Part shown: piece by piece, positions 50,845 through 63,226 of the stretch | Layout: each line of letters opens with the position of its first letter | How positions within the stretch are numbered: the stretch's first letter is position 1 | Translations under genes and position numbers: made by a program | NCBI GenBank assembly: GCA_963931285.1 | Contig: OZ006999.1 | Span: 51,937 to 115,936, forward strand | Reading direction: 5' to 3' | Length of the DNA: 64,000 nucleotides | Source of the DNA: an uncultured Atopobiaceae bacterium | Lineage (GTDB): Bacteria > Actinomycetota > Coriobacteriia > Coriobacteriales > Atopobiaceae | Notes under the pieces: model-generated | The model's database searches: none | Told to the model about the DNA's origin: nothing | The model's input: only the letters and a program-made list of their open reading frames with translations

Positions 50845-52082
50845 TCGCGCTCGCGGCACAGGCGGTGCTGCTCGCTGTGTACGCGGCGTATGTGCGCCGG
50901 CTCGGGCGCCTGCGTGCGTCACGCAGTGCGTGGGTTGTCGCGCTTACCATCTGCGTGGGCGCGCTTGCCAGCGGTTGGTTCGGCGGCGCGATCTGGTCCT
51001 GGGCTCTCACGGGCTCTGCCGCGGACCCACTTTCTGCAGGCGTGCCCTGGGGCGTCCTCATCGCGTGGGCCGCGGTGGCGCTCACCCTCACGCTGTTTGA
51101 TGCCTTCTTCGACGAGGATCCCGTCTCGCTCATGTGGGCGCCCGTGGCGGCGCCGGGCCTGCTGACCTGTGTTCTTCTCGCCTACGTCGTCGGCCTGGGC
51201 GGCGGCGTTGCGCCGACCACCGTTGCCGCCGCGATCGTCGGAGCCCCGCTCTGGCTGATGTTCGCGCTCTCCATGCGCCGGCGGGGGAGCGTGAGCCTCC
51301 ATGAGACGGTCCTTCTCGCCTGCGTGCTCGCTCTTTGCTCGGCTGCGGTCGCCTTTGCCGAGCCCATGGTCGCCGCCGGAGCCCTCGTGGTGGAGCTTCT
51401 CGTCTACCTGCTGCTCACGGGCGGCTTCGAGCGCCTCCGCCGCGGCTTCGAGAGCACGACGGAGCGCTTCCAGCAGGAGGTCCTCTCGCGCCAGTACGAC
51501 GAGATCCGCGGCATCTACCTGGACATGCGCGGCTGGCGTCACGACTATCACAACCACCTGCAGGTCATGAAGGCAGACCTCGCGGCCGGGCACCTCGAGG
51601 AGCTCTCGGCCTACCTCGACGACCTCGAGCGCGACCTCGATCGCGTGGACACCTACGTCAAGTCCGGCAACCTCATGGTGGACGCCATCCTCAACTCAAA
51701 GCTCAGCCTCGCCGAGAAGGGCGGCGTGTCCGTGACCTGCAAGGCCGTGGTGTCGGAGTCGCTGACGGTGGACGACGTGGACCTCTGCGTGATCTTGGGC
51801 AACCTCCTCGACAACGCGCTCGAGTCCTGCGAGAAGCTGCCCGCAACCGAGCGCTGGCTGCGCGTCTACCTGGCCGCGCGCGGCTCGCAGCTCTACATGA
51901 GCGTCCAGAACTCCGCCGTGGAGGACCCGGGCTTCAACGCGCGCAACTACATCACCGAGAAGCGTGGCAACCACGGCCTGGGCATGAAGCGCGTGGCTGC
52001 CGTCGTGGACAAGTATGAGGGGTTCCTCAACCTCGCAAATGAGCCTGGTATCTTTGCCGCCGAGGTCAGCCTCCCGCTGTGA
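50841..52082 (+). CDS. GHKL (AgrC/VirS-like) sensor kinase
   Basis: TM N-terminus, WRHDYHNHL, GNLLDNALE, HGLGMK. Confidence 0.92.
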   Translation: MIALAAQAVLLAVYAAYVRRLGRLRASRSAWVVALTICVGALASGWFGGAIWSWALTGSAADPLSAGVPWGVLIAWAAVALTLTLFDAFFDEDPVSLMWAPVAAPGLLTCVLLAYVVGLGGGVAPTTVAAAIVGAPLWLMFALSMRRRGSVSLHETVLLACVLALCSAAVAFAEPMVAAGALVVELLVYLLLTGGFERLRRGFESTTERFQQEVLSRQYDEIRGIYLDMRGWRHDYHNHLQVMKADLAAGHLEELSAYLDDLERDLDRVDTYVKSGNLMVDAILNSKLSLAEKGGVSVTCKAVVSESLTVDDVDLCVILGNLLDNALESCEKLPATERWLRVYLAARGSQLYMSVQNSAVEDPGFNARNYITEKRGNHGLGMKRVAAVVDKYEGFLNLANEPGIFAAEVSLPL

Positions 52083-52118
52083 ATGTTACGAAGGGTCTGT
52101 CCCTTCGTAACATTCACA
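52078..52118. repeat. REP-like palindrome between convergent genes
   Basis: TGTGAATGTTACGAAGGGTCTGTCCCTTCGTAACATTCACA. Confidence 0.9.
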
Positions 52119-52851
52119 CGATCGCGTCGAAAGCGTTCAGGAGGTCCCTCTCGAGCGCCCTCTCGTCCACGGCGAACCCGTTATCGGAGCGCGTGAGGGC
52201 AACGCCGAGCGTGCGTTCCTCGACAGGAGCCGACTCCGCCGTGGTTTCAAAGGTACGGATGACGTCCTCCTGTAGAACCTCCGAGAGCGGCTCACCGTCG
52301 CGCACGCCCTGGTTGTGGAAGTAGGTACTCATGCCCTCGCTGGCCTTGGACACGATTTCGCCAGCCCGGGGCGTCCAGACGCGCACGCCGACGACCGCCG
52401 CGTCGCCGGAAAGCCCGACGTCCTCGATGGAGTACGTGAGACGGGAGACCATCTGACCCGCCCACGCCTTGGCGTCGATGCCGAGGTCCTCGGGCGTGTG
52501 GCGCAGGCTCTGCCTGAGCCTGCCCTCGAGCCAGCCCGCAAGCTCGGCGGCTAGGTCGCTCGAGCTCAGCTCCCCTTTTAGGGCGGCAAGCCGCGTGCCC
52601 GCTGCGTCGACGGCTGCCTGCTCGTCGGCGGTGAGATCGAAATAGGGGAGCGCGATGCGGTCCTCTGTCGGAGCGTCAAGCTGCTCCGAGACGCGGCTCC
52701 CAAACCGCGTCGCGAACTGCACGACGTTGACCACGAGAAACACCGCGATAAGCACCGCAATCACTGCCGCAGTCCGCCTGCTATAGCCGCGCGCCTGCAG
52801 ATTCTCGCGCATCTTGGGCGAGTTCATCGTGACCGGAGGCTTCTCGTACAT
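52114..52851 (-). CDS. Membrane-anchored hypothetical protein
   Basis: AAGAAAGGGG RBS, single TM helix, soluble domain. Confidence 0.7.
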   Translation of the reverse strand: MYEKPPVTMNSPKMRENLQARGYSRRTAAVIAVLIAVFLVVNVVQFATRFGSRVSEQLDAPTEDRIALPYFDLTADEQAAVDAAGTRLAALKGELSSSDLAAELAGWLEGRLRQSLRHTPEDLGIDAKAWAGQMVSRLTYSIEDVGLSGDAAVVGVRVWTPRAGEIVSKASEGMSTYFHNQGVRDGEPLSEVLQEDVIRTFETTAESAPVEERTLGVALTRSDNGFAVDERALERDLLNAFDAIV

Positions 52852-52975
52852 GGTCGCCCCTTTCTTAAGGGCTGACAGCCGAATCGCTGTCGTTTCCAAG
52901 CTTGTACCCAGCGTGGGGGGGCTAGGCGCGCGTCTGCCGAGTGGATGATGCCGTCTGCCGGACGTCCTTCTCGAC

Positions 52976-52994
52976 ATTATCGATAGACGATAAT
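52976..52994. promoter_or_regulatory. Palindromic operator candidate for the DUF2975-HTH operon
   Basis: ATTATCG-N5-CGATAAT about 55 bp upstream of the start codon. Confidence 0.6.
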
Positions 52995-53047
52995 TAGTGG
53001 TACAAGAACGATAAGAACAGACGGACGAGAAGAACGGAGGGGTCGCG

Positions 53048-53755
53048 ATGAAACACGAGATGTTGACAAGGGCGCAGGTGGACGGGCGTATCCGCGGCGC
53101 CGCGCGCGTGGCGACGTGCTTCTGCTGGGTCGCCGCTCTGGTGGCCCTGCTCCTGGCCCTGTTTAACGCGTGGTCGACGGTCTTCCTCACGACCGCATCG
53201 ATGGAGGAGACCGGCCGCGACGTCCTGACCGCCTTCTTCACCACGAGCAAGGCGAGCGGCAGCTTTCTCGTGAGCGAGACGGACGAGCAGCCTCCGGAGA
53301 TTCGTTACGACGAGGACGGCAACGAGGTCGGTCGCTCGCAGGTCATGGGCGGCGATGTCTCCTATTCCGGCAGTCCAATCTCGACCCTCGCCAACGGCGT
53401 CGTCTTTGGCGGCCTGGCGTGCGCGGCGTTTGCCCTCGCGGCGCTCATGTGCTCCAAGATCCGTCAGACCGGCGTGCCGTTTGCGCCCGAGCGCGCGCGT
53501 GAGCTGGGGCGCGTGGGGTGGCTGGTCCTTCTCGCCGGGTGCGCGCCCACGCTGCTCCACATGGTCCTCGAGGCCGTCGCGGCCGCGGTGGTCAACGCCC
53601 TGGTGGAGTCCGGCGAGATGCTGAGCTACGCGCTCACGGCGAACTTTGAGTCCCAGGACCTGATGCTCGTCTCGCTGGGGATCGTGCTGGTGCTGGTGGG
53701 CCGGGTCTTCGAGTACGGCTGCATCCTGCAGAAGCAGGACGACGAGACGCTGTGA
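53048..53755 (+). CDS. DUF2975-like membrane protein
   Basis: TM helices, PFAPERAREL, VFEYGCILQKQDDETL C-terminal signature. Confidence 0.85.
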   Translation: MKHEMLTRAQVDGRIRGAARVATCFCWVAALVALLLALFNAWSTVFLTTASMEETGRDVLTAFFTTSKASGSFLVSETDEQPPEIRYDEDGNEVGRSQVMGGDVSYSGSPISTLANGVVFGGLACAAFALAALMCSKIRQTGVPFAPERARELGRVGWLVLLAGCAPTLLHMVLEAVAAAVVNALVESGEMLSYALTANFESQDLMLVSLGIVLVLVGRVFEYGCILQKQDDETL

Positions 53756-53765
53756 GGGCCGCGCG

Positions 53766-53975
53766 ATGATTGTCCTGCGCCTCGACCGTGTGCTGGCGGA
53801 CCGCAAGATGCGCTCGAAGGAGCTCGCCGAGCGGGTGGGCATCTCCGAGGTCAACCTCTCCCGCATCAAGACCGGGCGCATCTCCGCGGTGCGCTTCTCC
53901 ACCCTCGACGCGATCTGCCGCGTGCTGGACTGCCAGCCCGGAGACATCCTGGAGTACGTCCCGGACGAGGAGTGA
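53766..53975 (+). CDS. Small XRE HTH regulator (YozG-like)
   Basis: LDRVLADRKM..LSRIKTG..VRFSTLDAICRVLDCQPGDILEY. Confidence 0.92.
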   Translation: MIVLRLDRVLADRKMRSKELAERVGISEVNLSRIKTGRISAVRFSTLDAICRVLDCQPGDILEYVPDEE

Positions 53976-53996
53976 CTGCTTGCCGGCACAACCTCA

Positions 53997-54135
53997 AGGG
54001 TATGTACACCGCCCCTTCAGGGTATGTACGATCCTGGGTGAGAGGTTCTTATCGCCCAGCCCTTTGAGCTGCGGGTTTGCGAGAAGGACCTCTGACCGGG
54101 GTGTACATACCCTGAAGGGGCGGTGTACATACCCT
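53997..54135. repeat. MITE-like element with doubled AGGGTATGTAC terminal motifs
   Basis: Motifs at 53997/54019 and 54101/54123 (22-bp period), complementary linkers CGCCCCTTC / GAAGGGGCG. Confidence 0.85.
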
Positions 54136-54244
54136 CAAATGGGTTCGCCTGCGCCGGAGCTGCGCGCCGCCCCCAACCGTGAAATATCTGCCGAGACGCG
54201 GCCTTCCTGCGGAAGTTTGCTACTATATGAAGGCTGTGAAATCC

Positions 54245-54331
54245 GCGGGCGTGGTGGAACTGGTAGACACGCTGGATTTAGGTTCCAGTGGGGGAGACCC
54301 CGTGAAGGTTCGAGTCCTTTCGCCCGCACCA
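54245..54331 (+). tRNA. tRNA-Leu(TAG)
   Basis: GCGGGCG/CGCCCGC acceptor stem, CTGGA-TTTAGGT-TCCAG anticodon arm, long variable arm, GGTTCGAGTCC T loop, CCA end. Confidence 0.96.
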
Positions 54332-54384
54332 CGCAAGGAAACATGGCGGGGCAGGCCCGCCAGGCACGAGACACTGGAGGAACG

Positions 54385-55734
54385 TTGAAGATCACCGTCA
54401 CCGCTGAGAAGCCCGTCGACGAGAAGATGGCCGCCAAGGTCACCGTTCCCGCCGCCGACGTCAACGCAGCCATCAAGAAGACCTACAAGGACATCGCCAA
54501 GAAGTACAACTTCCAGGGCTTCCGCCGCGGCCACGCGCCCCGTCCGGTGATCGACGGCATCATCGGCCGCGAGGCCGTGCTCGCCCAGGCCACCAACGAC
54601 CTGCTCACCGCCCTCGAGCCCATGATGCTCGAGGAGCTCGACGTCACCCCCGTGGGCCGCGTGAGCTTTGGCCCCGAGGGCGCCGACCCCGAGCTCGCCG
54701 CCGAGGGCGCCGACTACGTCGTCGACGCCACCATCGGCGTTCGCCCCACCGCCGAGCTCACCTCCTATGACGCCCCCGAGATCAACCTCCCGCCCGAGGA
54801 GGCCACCGACGCCGAGATCGACTGGCAGATCAACCAGCTCCTCAGCTACCAGGTGACCTACGAGGACGTCGAGGAGGACCGTGCCGTCGAGCCCGGCGAC
54901 ATCGTCTCCGTTGACATCGAGAATGTCGACGGCGCCGGCCACCTCGCGGGCAAGAACCGCCTGCTCGCCCTTGACGGCCAGCAGCTCCCCGAGCAGCTCC
55001 AGGAGGGCATCGAGGGCATGAAGAAGGGCGAGGAGAAGGCCATCGAGTGGACGCGCTCCCACGAGCACGACGGCGAGATCATCTCCCACACCTTCTCCGT
55101 CAAGGTGACCCTCAACGGCATCAAGAAGGCCGTCACCCCCGAGCTCGACGACGAGGTTGCCAAGAAGTACGGCTACGACACCGTCGACGCCTTCAAGGAG
55201 GCCGTGAAGGAGGAGATCGAGGGCGACAAGAAGACCACGATCCCCAACCTCAAGGAGGACCGCGTCGTCGAGGCCGTGGGCAAGCTGCTCGACCTCGAGA
55301 CCGTGCCCCAGGCCTACCAGGACGAGATCTTCAACGAGCTCGCCCAGGAGTTCCTGGCCCAGCTCCAGCGCCAGAACGTCTCCCTCGACATGTTCCTGCG
55401 CGCCCGCGGCCTGAAGTCCGACGACTTCATCGCCGACCTGCGCGTCCAGGCTGAGGAGCGCGCGCGTCAGTCCCTCGCCCTCGACGCCGTGGCCGCCAAG
55501 CTCGGCCTCGAGGTCAACGAGGACGAGGTCCGCGGCGAGTTCGAGCGCGCCGGCGTCGAGGACGTCGAGGCCTCCTACAAGCAGTGGAAGGACGAGGGCC
55601 GTCTGCCCGCCATCCGCGACTCCATCCGCCGCACCAAGGCCCTCGACTGGCTCGTCGAGAACTGCAAGGTGAACGTCGTCGACGAGGTCGCCGAGCGCGC
55701 CGCCGCGGCCGAGAAGAACGAGGACGCCGAGTAG
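54385..55734 (+). CDS. tig: Trigger factor
   Basis: FQGFRRGHAP signature, FKBP-like middle domain; TTG start after GGAGG. Confidence 0.95.
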   Translation: MKITVTAEKPVDEKMAAKVTVPAADVNAAIKKTYKDIAKKYNFQGFRRGHAPRPVIDGIIGREAVLAQATNDLLTALEPMMLEELDVTPVGRVSFGPEGADPELAAEGADYVVDATIGVRPTAELTSYDAPEINLPPEEATDAEIDWQINQLLSYQVTYEDVEEDRAVEPGDIVSVDIENVDGAGHLAGKNRLLALDGQQLPEQLQEGIEGMKKGEEKAIEWTRSHEHDGEIISHTFSVKVTLNGIKKAVTPELDDEVAKKYGYDTVDAFKEAVKEEIEGDKKTTIPNLKEDRVVEAVGKLLDLETVPQAYQDEIFNELAQEFLAQLQRQNVSLDMFLRARGLKSDDFIADLRVQAEERARQSLALDAVAAKLGLEVNEDEVRGEFERAGVEDVEASYKQWKDEGRLPAIRDSIRRTKALDWLVENCKVNVVDEVAERAAAAEKNEDAE

Positions 55735-55816
55735 TCTCACGCTCACGTTCACGGAGCCCCGGGCGAGCAACTCGTCCGGGGCTTTCTACAAATAACGTCG
55801 AACGAACGGAGTTCGA

Positions 55817-56434
55817 ATGCACCAGCCCACCAACATCCCGCTCATCCCCTACGTCGTCGAGCAGACGCCGCGCGGCGAGCGCAGCTACGACATCTACTCG
55901 CGCCTGCTCAACGACCGCATCGTGTTTCTCGGCGAGGAGGTCACGCGCGACTCCGCCAACCTCGTGATCGCGCAGCTCCTCCACCTCGAGAGCCAGGACC
56001 CCGACAAGGACATCTCGCTCTACATCGACTCGCCCGGCGGCGATGTCTACGCGGGCCTGGGCATCATCGACACGATGAACTTCATCAAGCCCGACGTCTC
56101 CACCATCTGCGTGGGCATGGCCGCCTCCATGGGTGCGGCCATCCTCGCCTGCGGCGCCAAGGGCAAGCGCCTCGCGCTTCCCAACTCGATGGTCCTTATC
56201 CACCAGCCGAGCTCGGGCGTCTCCGGCCAGCAGACCGACATCCAGATCGTCGCGGACGAGACCCGCTGGATCCGCCAGCGCCTCAACGAGATCCTCGCGG
56301 AGGCCACCGGCCAGCCCATCGAGAAGATCAACGCCGATACCGAGCGCGACAACTACATGCGCGCCTCCGAGGCCTGCGCCTACGGCCTCGTCGACAAGGT
56401 CATCTCCTCCCGCGTCGAGCAGAGCCAGGAGTAG
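55817..56434 (+). CDS. clpP: ATP-dependent Clp protease proteolytic subunit
   Basis: [30 protein letters not shown]. Confidence 0.98.
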   Translation: MHQPTNIPLIPYVVEQTPRGERSYDIYSRLLNDRIVFLGEEVTRDSANLVIAQLLHLESQDPDKDISLYIDSPGGDVYAGLGIIDTMNFIKPDVSTICVGMAASMGAAILACGAKGKRLALPNSMVLIHQPSSGVSGQQTDIQIVADETRWIRQRLNEILAEATGQPIEKINADTERDNYMRASEACAYGLVDKVISSRVEQSQE

Positions 56435-56437
56435 CGC

Positions 56438-57757
<1,320 letters not shown>

Positions 57758-57807
57758 CCTGACCGCAAGACGCAAGGGGGGGCGTCGTCCACTCCGGACG
57801 GCGCCTC

Positions 57808-57921
57808 TGTCATTTGGGGACGTGTTTTTTCGTGCAGACCGTTTGGGACAGGCCTACGAATTATTCACGTCCAAGACCTGTCCCAAACGGTCTGCACGAA
57901 AAAACACGTCCCCAAATGACA
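57808..57921. repeat. Long REPIN/MITE-like hairpin with perfect 45-bp arms
   Basis: TGTCATTTGGGGACGTG..GGGACAGG (57808-57852), 24-nt spacer, exact reverse complement (57877-57921). Confidence 0.92.
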
Positions 57922-57932
57922 TAAAAAGTATG

Positions 57933-57958
57933 GTAATCGGGGACTGTCCCCAATTTAC
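57933..57958. repeat. REP-like palindrome overlapping the GT8 stop codon
   Basis: GTAATCGGGGACTGTCCCCAATTTAC. Confidence 0.8.
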
Positions 57959-59079
57959 AGGTTGGCGCCACCGAGGCCCATGTAGGTGCGGATGACGGCC
58001 TTGCGCCGGAGCGACCCGGCGGGGCAGACGGCGTCGAAGGCGGGCATGATGCCTTTGTAGAGGGCGATGACCTGCAGACGCTTGGCGAGCCCCTTGGCCG
58101 TCGCGCGCGACTCCTCGAGCTGGCCGCGGATCTCGTCCAGGTAGGGGGAGCGCATCGCGTAGCGCCAGAAGTCGTCCGCGCGGTCCGCGTCGGGATAGAG
58201 CCAGGGGCGGTTGTCGGGACCGGCAAAGTGGATGATCGCAGGGTCCGCGGCGGCCTCCTCGTACTCCTCGCGCACATCGGCGGGGGCGTTGGCGATGATG
58301 TGGGTGCGACGGAGGTGCTGCCAGTCCATGAGGTAGTTCCAGCGCATGTGCACGCGGACGTACTCGCCGTCCACGACCTTGTTGAGGATGTCCTGGTCGA
58401 GCCAGCGCCACATGCGCTGGGTCGAGAGGGCGAGAAACTCCTCGGGCGTGATCGTGCGGCGCAGCTCGGCGAGGTTCATGAGCAGGACGCCCGCCTGGAA
58501 GTAGTCGTGCGGGTCGCTCATGCCGAGCTCGTTCTTGAGGTAGGGCCCGACCGTCGCGTCGTAGCCGTCGATCTGGCCGATGGTGTCGGCGTCTCGGGTT
58601 GCGGCGAGCTTGTAGCCCTTAACGTCGACGTCGTAGAGCTTCGCGAGGTCATCGCAGACGATGAGGTCGGAGTCGAGGTAGATCGCCTTGTCGACGTTGG
58701 GCAGGAGCTGCGGCGAGAGCAGCCGGTAGTAGGTCTCGGGGCGGAAGTGCCCGTGGTGGGGGAGCTTGATGTCCCCGAGCGCGGCGTCCACGTCGAGAAA
58801 CCCGATGCCCACGTTGTCCGACTTGGCCTGGCGAGTGAGGGTGATCATGCTCGCTGGCGAGATGTCGCGCGTGAGCACGACGATGTCGTAGCGGCGCGTG
58901 AGGCTGGCGTTCTCGATGATTGACTGAACGGCCACGGAGAGATACGGCACGAAGTTCTCGCTGCAGGCAAAGACGACGACCACGTCGTCAAGCGGGAGGT
59001 CGAGGTCCTCCGACGTGCTCGCGAGCATGGTGGACGAGAGCGGGTTCCTCGCATGTGTGGTCTTGCGCAGCGGCTTCAT
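57955..59079 (-). CDS. Glycosyltransferase family 8
   Basis: IYLDSDLIV, YFQAGVLLMN, WLDQDILN, IIHFAG..RPW; start may be 59028. Confidence 0.9.
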   Translation of the reverse strand: MKPLRKTTHARNPLSSTMLASTSEDLDLPLDDVVVVFACSENFVPYLSVAVQSIIENASLTRRYDIVVLTRDISPASMITLTRQAKSDNVGIGFLDVDAALGDIKLPHHGHFRPETYYRLLSPQLLPNVDKAIYLDSDLIVCDDLAKLYDVDVKGYKLAATRDADTIGQIDGYDATVGPYLKNELGMSDPHDYFQAGVLLMNLAELRRTITPEEFLALSTQRMWRWLDQDILNKVVDGEYVRVHMRWNYLMDWQHLRRTHIIANAPADVREEYEEAAADPAIIHFAGPDNRPWLYPDADRADDFWRYAMRSPYLDEIRGQLEESRATAKGLAKRLQVIALYKGIMPAFDAVCPAGSLRRKAVIRTYMGLGGANL

Positions 59080-59200
59080 GGGACCTCGGTTCGTGCGCCT
59101 TCATGACCTGTCAACTCTACCATTGACAGGGCGGGCGCTCAAACGTTGCCGTCATCCCTTTGGTGGCTGGACTGTCCTTTGCGGCTCCTGCAAAAACACT

Positions 59201-59404
59201 CTTCAGTCCATAAATCTGCTCTTCTGAATGCAAAATCGAGCTTCAGTCCATATGTTTTCGGGCCCGTGAGAAAAATCAAAGAGCTGCTCTCCACGTTTTC
59301 GCAGGTCATAATTTCCGGGCGCGAATTGAAGCGTTCTAATGTGGCAAATTCTTATGGACTGAAGCTCGGTTTTGCATTTGAGACAGGGGAATTATGGACT
59401 GAGG
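59201..59404. repeat. AT-rich MITE-like element with doubled TCAGTCCATA terminal motifs
   Basis: CTTCAGTCCATA at 59201/59241, TATGGACTGA at 59353/59393 (40-bp period), central TTTTCGCAGGTCA. Confidence 0.8.
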
Positions 59405-59438
59405 GACGATTCTGCAGAAACCTGCAGAGAGAAGAACC

Positions 59439-60188
59439 TTACGAAAGCAGTGCCCTTGCGTTTGCCTCAATTTGGTCGGCAACGTCGTCCCTCGTGGTGG
59501 TGCGGGCGGCGGCGATTCCGGCGACGGTGCGAAGAAGGGACGCGATGACGTCGTCGGCGGTCGTGGGGGAGTGCTCGCCCTCGGGGAGGTCGGTCTCCGT
59601 GAGGAGGAGCTCGGCTGGGAGGATGCGAGCGTACTCGCGTCCGCGACGGGTCGCGATGGAGTGCTCGCCGAGGGAGAAGCGGCAGCCCAGGCGGGCGGCG
59701 CGCCAGAGCTCCTCGGAGGACCCGGAGAACCAGTGCAGCACGCAGCGGCAGCTCTCTGCTGCGCCGGTGCGCTCGAGGACGTCGAGGACCGTTCCCGCGC
59801 AGCGGACGGCATGGATGGAGAGGACCTTGGGCGTCGCGGGGTCGCTCGTCTCGGCGCAGGTGGCGCAGATGCGCTCGAAGGCCGCCAGCTGCGCGTCCCA
59901 GGTCGTGGCATGTCGGGGTGCGGCGTCGAGCCCAATCTCGCTGACGAAACGCGTCTCGGGCAGCAGCACGCAGAGCGCGTCGGCGTCGCGCGCGTCCCGC
60001 ACCCGCCAGGGGTGAAGCCCCGCCGCGAGCGCCACGTTCTTCTCGGCCGCAAGGGTCTTCCGCGCGCCTAGGTACTCGTCCGGGGTCACCGTGACGGCGA
60101 GCATGCCCAGCTCCCGCGCCGCGGCGTCGTGCGCGACGGCGGCGGGGTCAGAGAACCAGCCAAGATGAACGTGCGCGTCGAACAACAT
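59439..60188 (-). CDS. TatD-family hydrolase
   Basis: DAHVHL, EIGLD, SIHAV, LHWFSG, ETD. Confidence 0.92.
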   Translation of the reverse strand: MLFDAHVHLGWFSDPAAVAHDAAARELGMLAVTVTPDEYLGARKTLAAEKNVALAAGLHPWRVRDARDADALCVLLPETRFVSEIGLDAAPRHATTWDAQLAAFERICATCAETSDPATPKVLSIHAVRCAGTVLDVLERTGAAESCRCVLHWFSGSSEELWRAARLGCRFSLGEHSIATRRGREYARILPAELLLTETDLPEGEHSPTTADDVIASLLRTVAGIAAARTTTRDDVADQIEANARALLS

Positions 60189-60273
60189 GCTTCCCCTTTC
60201 GTTTCCTGTGATGATACCGCCCGCGTGCTATCCTGTTGAGCTGATATGAACGCGCGCCACGAGAGGACATGCC

Positions 60274-62961
<2,688 letters not shown>

Positions 62962-63116
62962 GTCCTCCTGCGCAGGGAGCGCCGCTCGGTTCTTCTCGCC
63001 AGCTCATTGGGCTTCGCCCAGAAGTCGCTGGCCGAGAAGAACCGGGCGGCGCTCGCATGCCGGCACGCGCTCAGACCGGGAGTGGGGCGGGCGCCTCTCT
63101 CACGCGGGAAGCGCCT

Positions 63117-63226
63117 GGTGCCTGATTTCCGTTGTATGCGTGTTTTGGTGCGGGAATCCGGCTATATGCGTGTCTGACGCACGCATTTCTCGGAAATCCG
63201 GCACCGATTCACGCATTTCTCGGAAA
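63117..63226. repeat. 30-bp periodic inverted-motif element, truncated on the right
   Basis: Reverse motifs at 63117 and 63147, forward ACGCATTTCTCGGAAATCCGGCACC at 63181, and a copy cut after GGAAA at 63226. Confidence 0.85.

Noticed and set aside
54245-54331. tRNA-Leu as integration site of the 20-54 kb accessory region
   Set aside because: The region lies 5' of the tRNA, no duplicated tRNA fragment or integrase was seen, and the region carries the host 10-mer
59439-60188. TatD as part of a Qat anti-phage system
   Set aside because: No QueC-like, ATPase or other qat genes nearby
60189-60273. T-box leader for valS
   Set aside because: Spacer is only about 85 bp with no T-box motif or terminator
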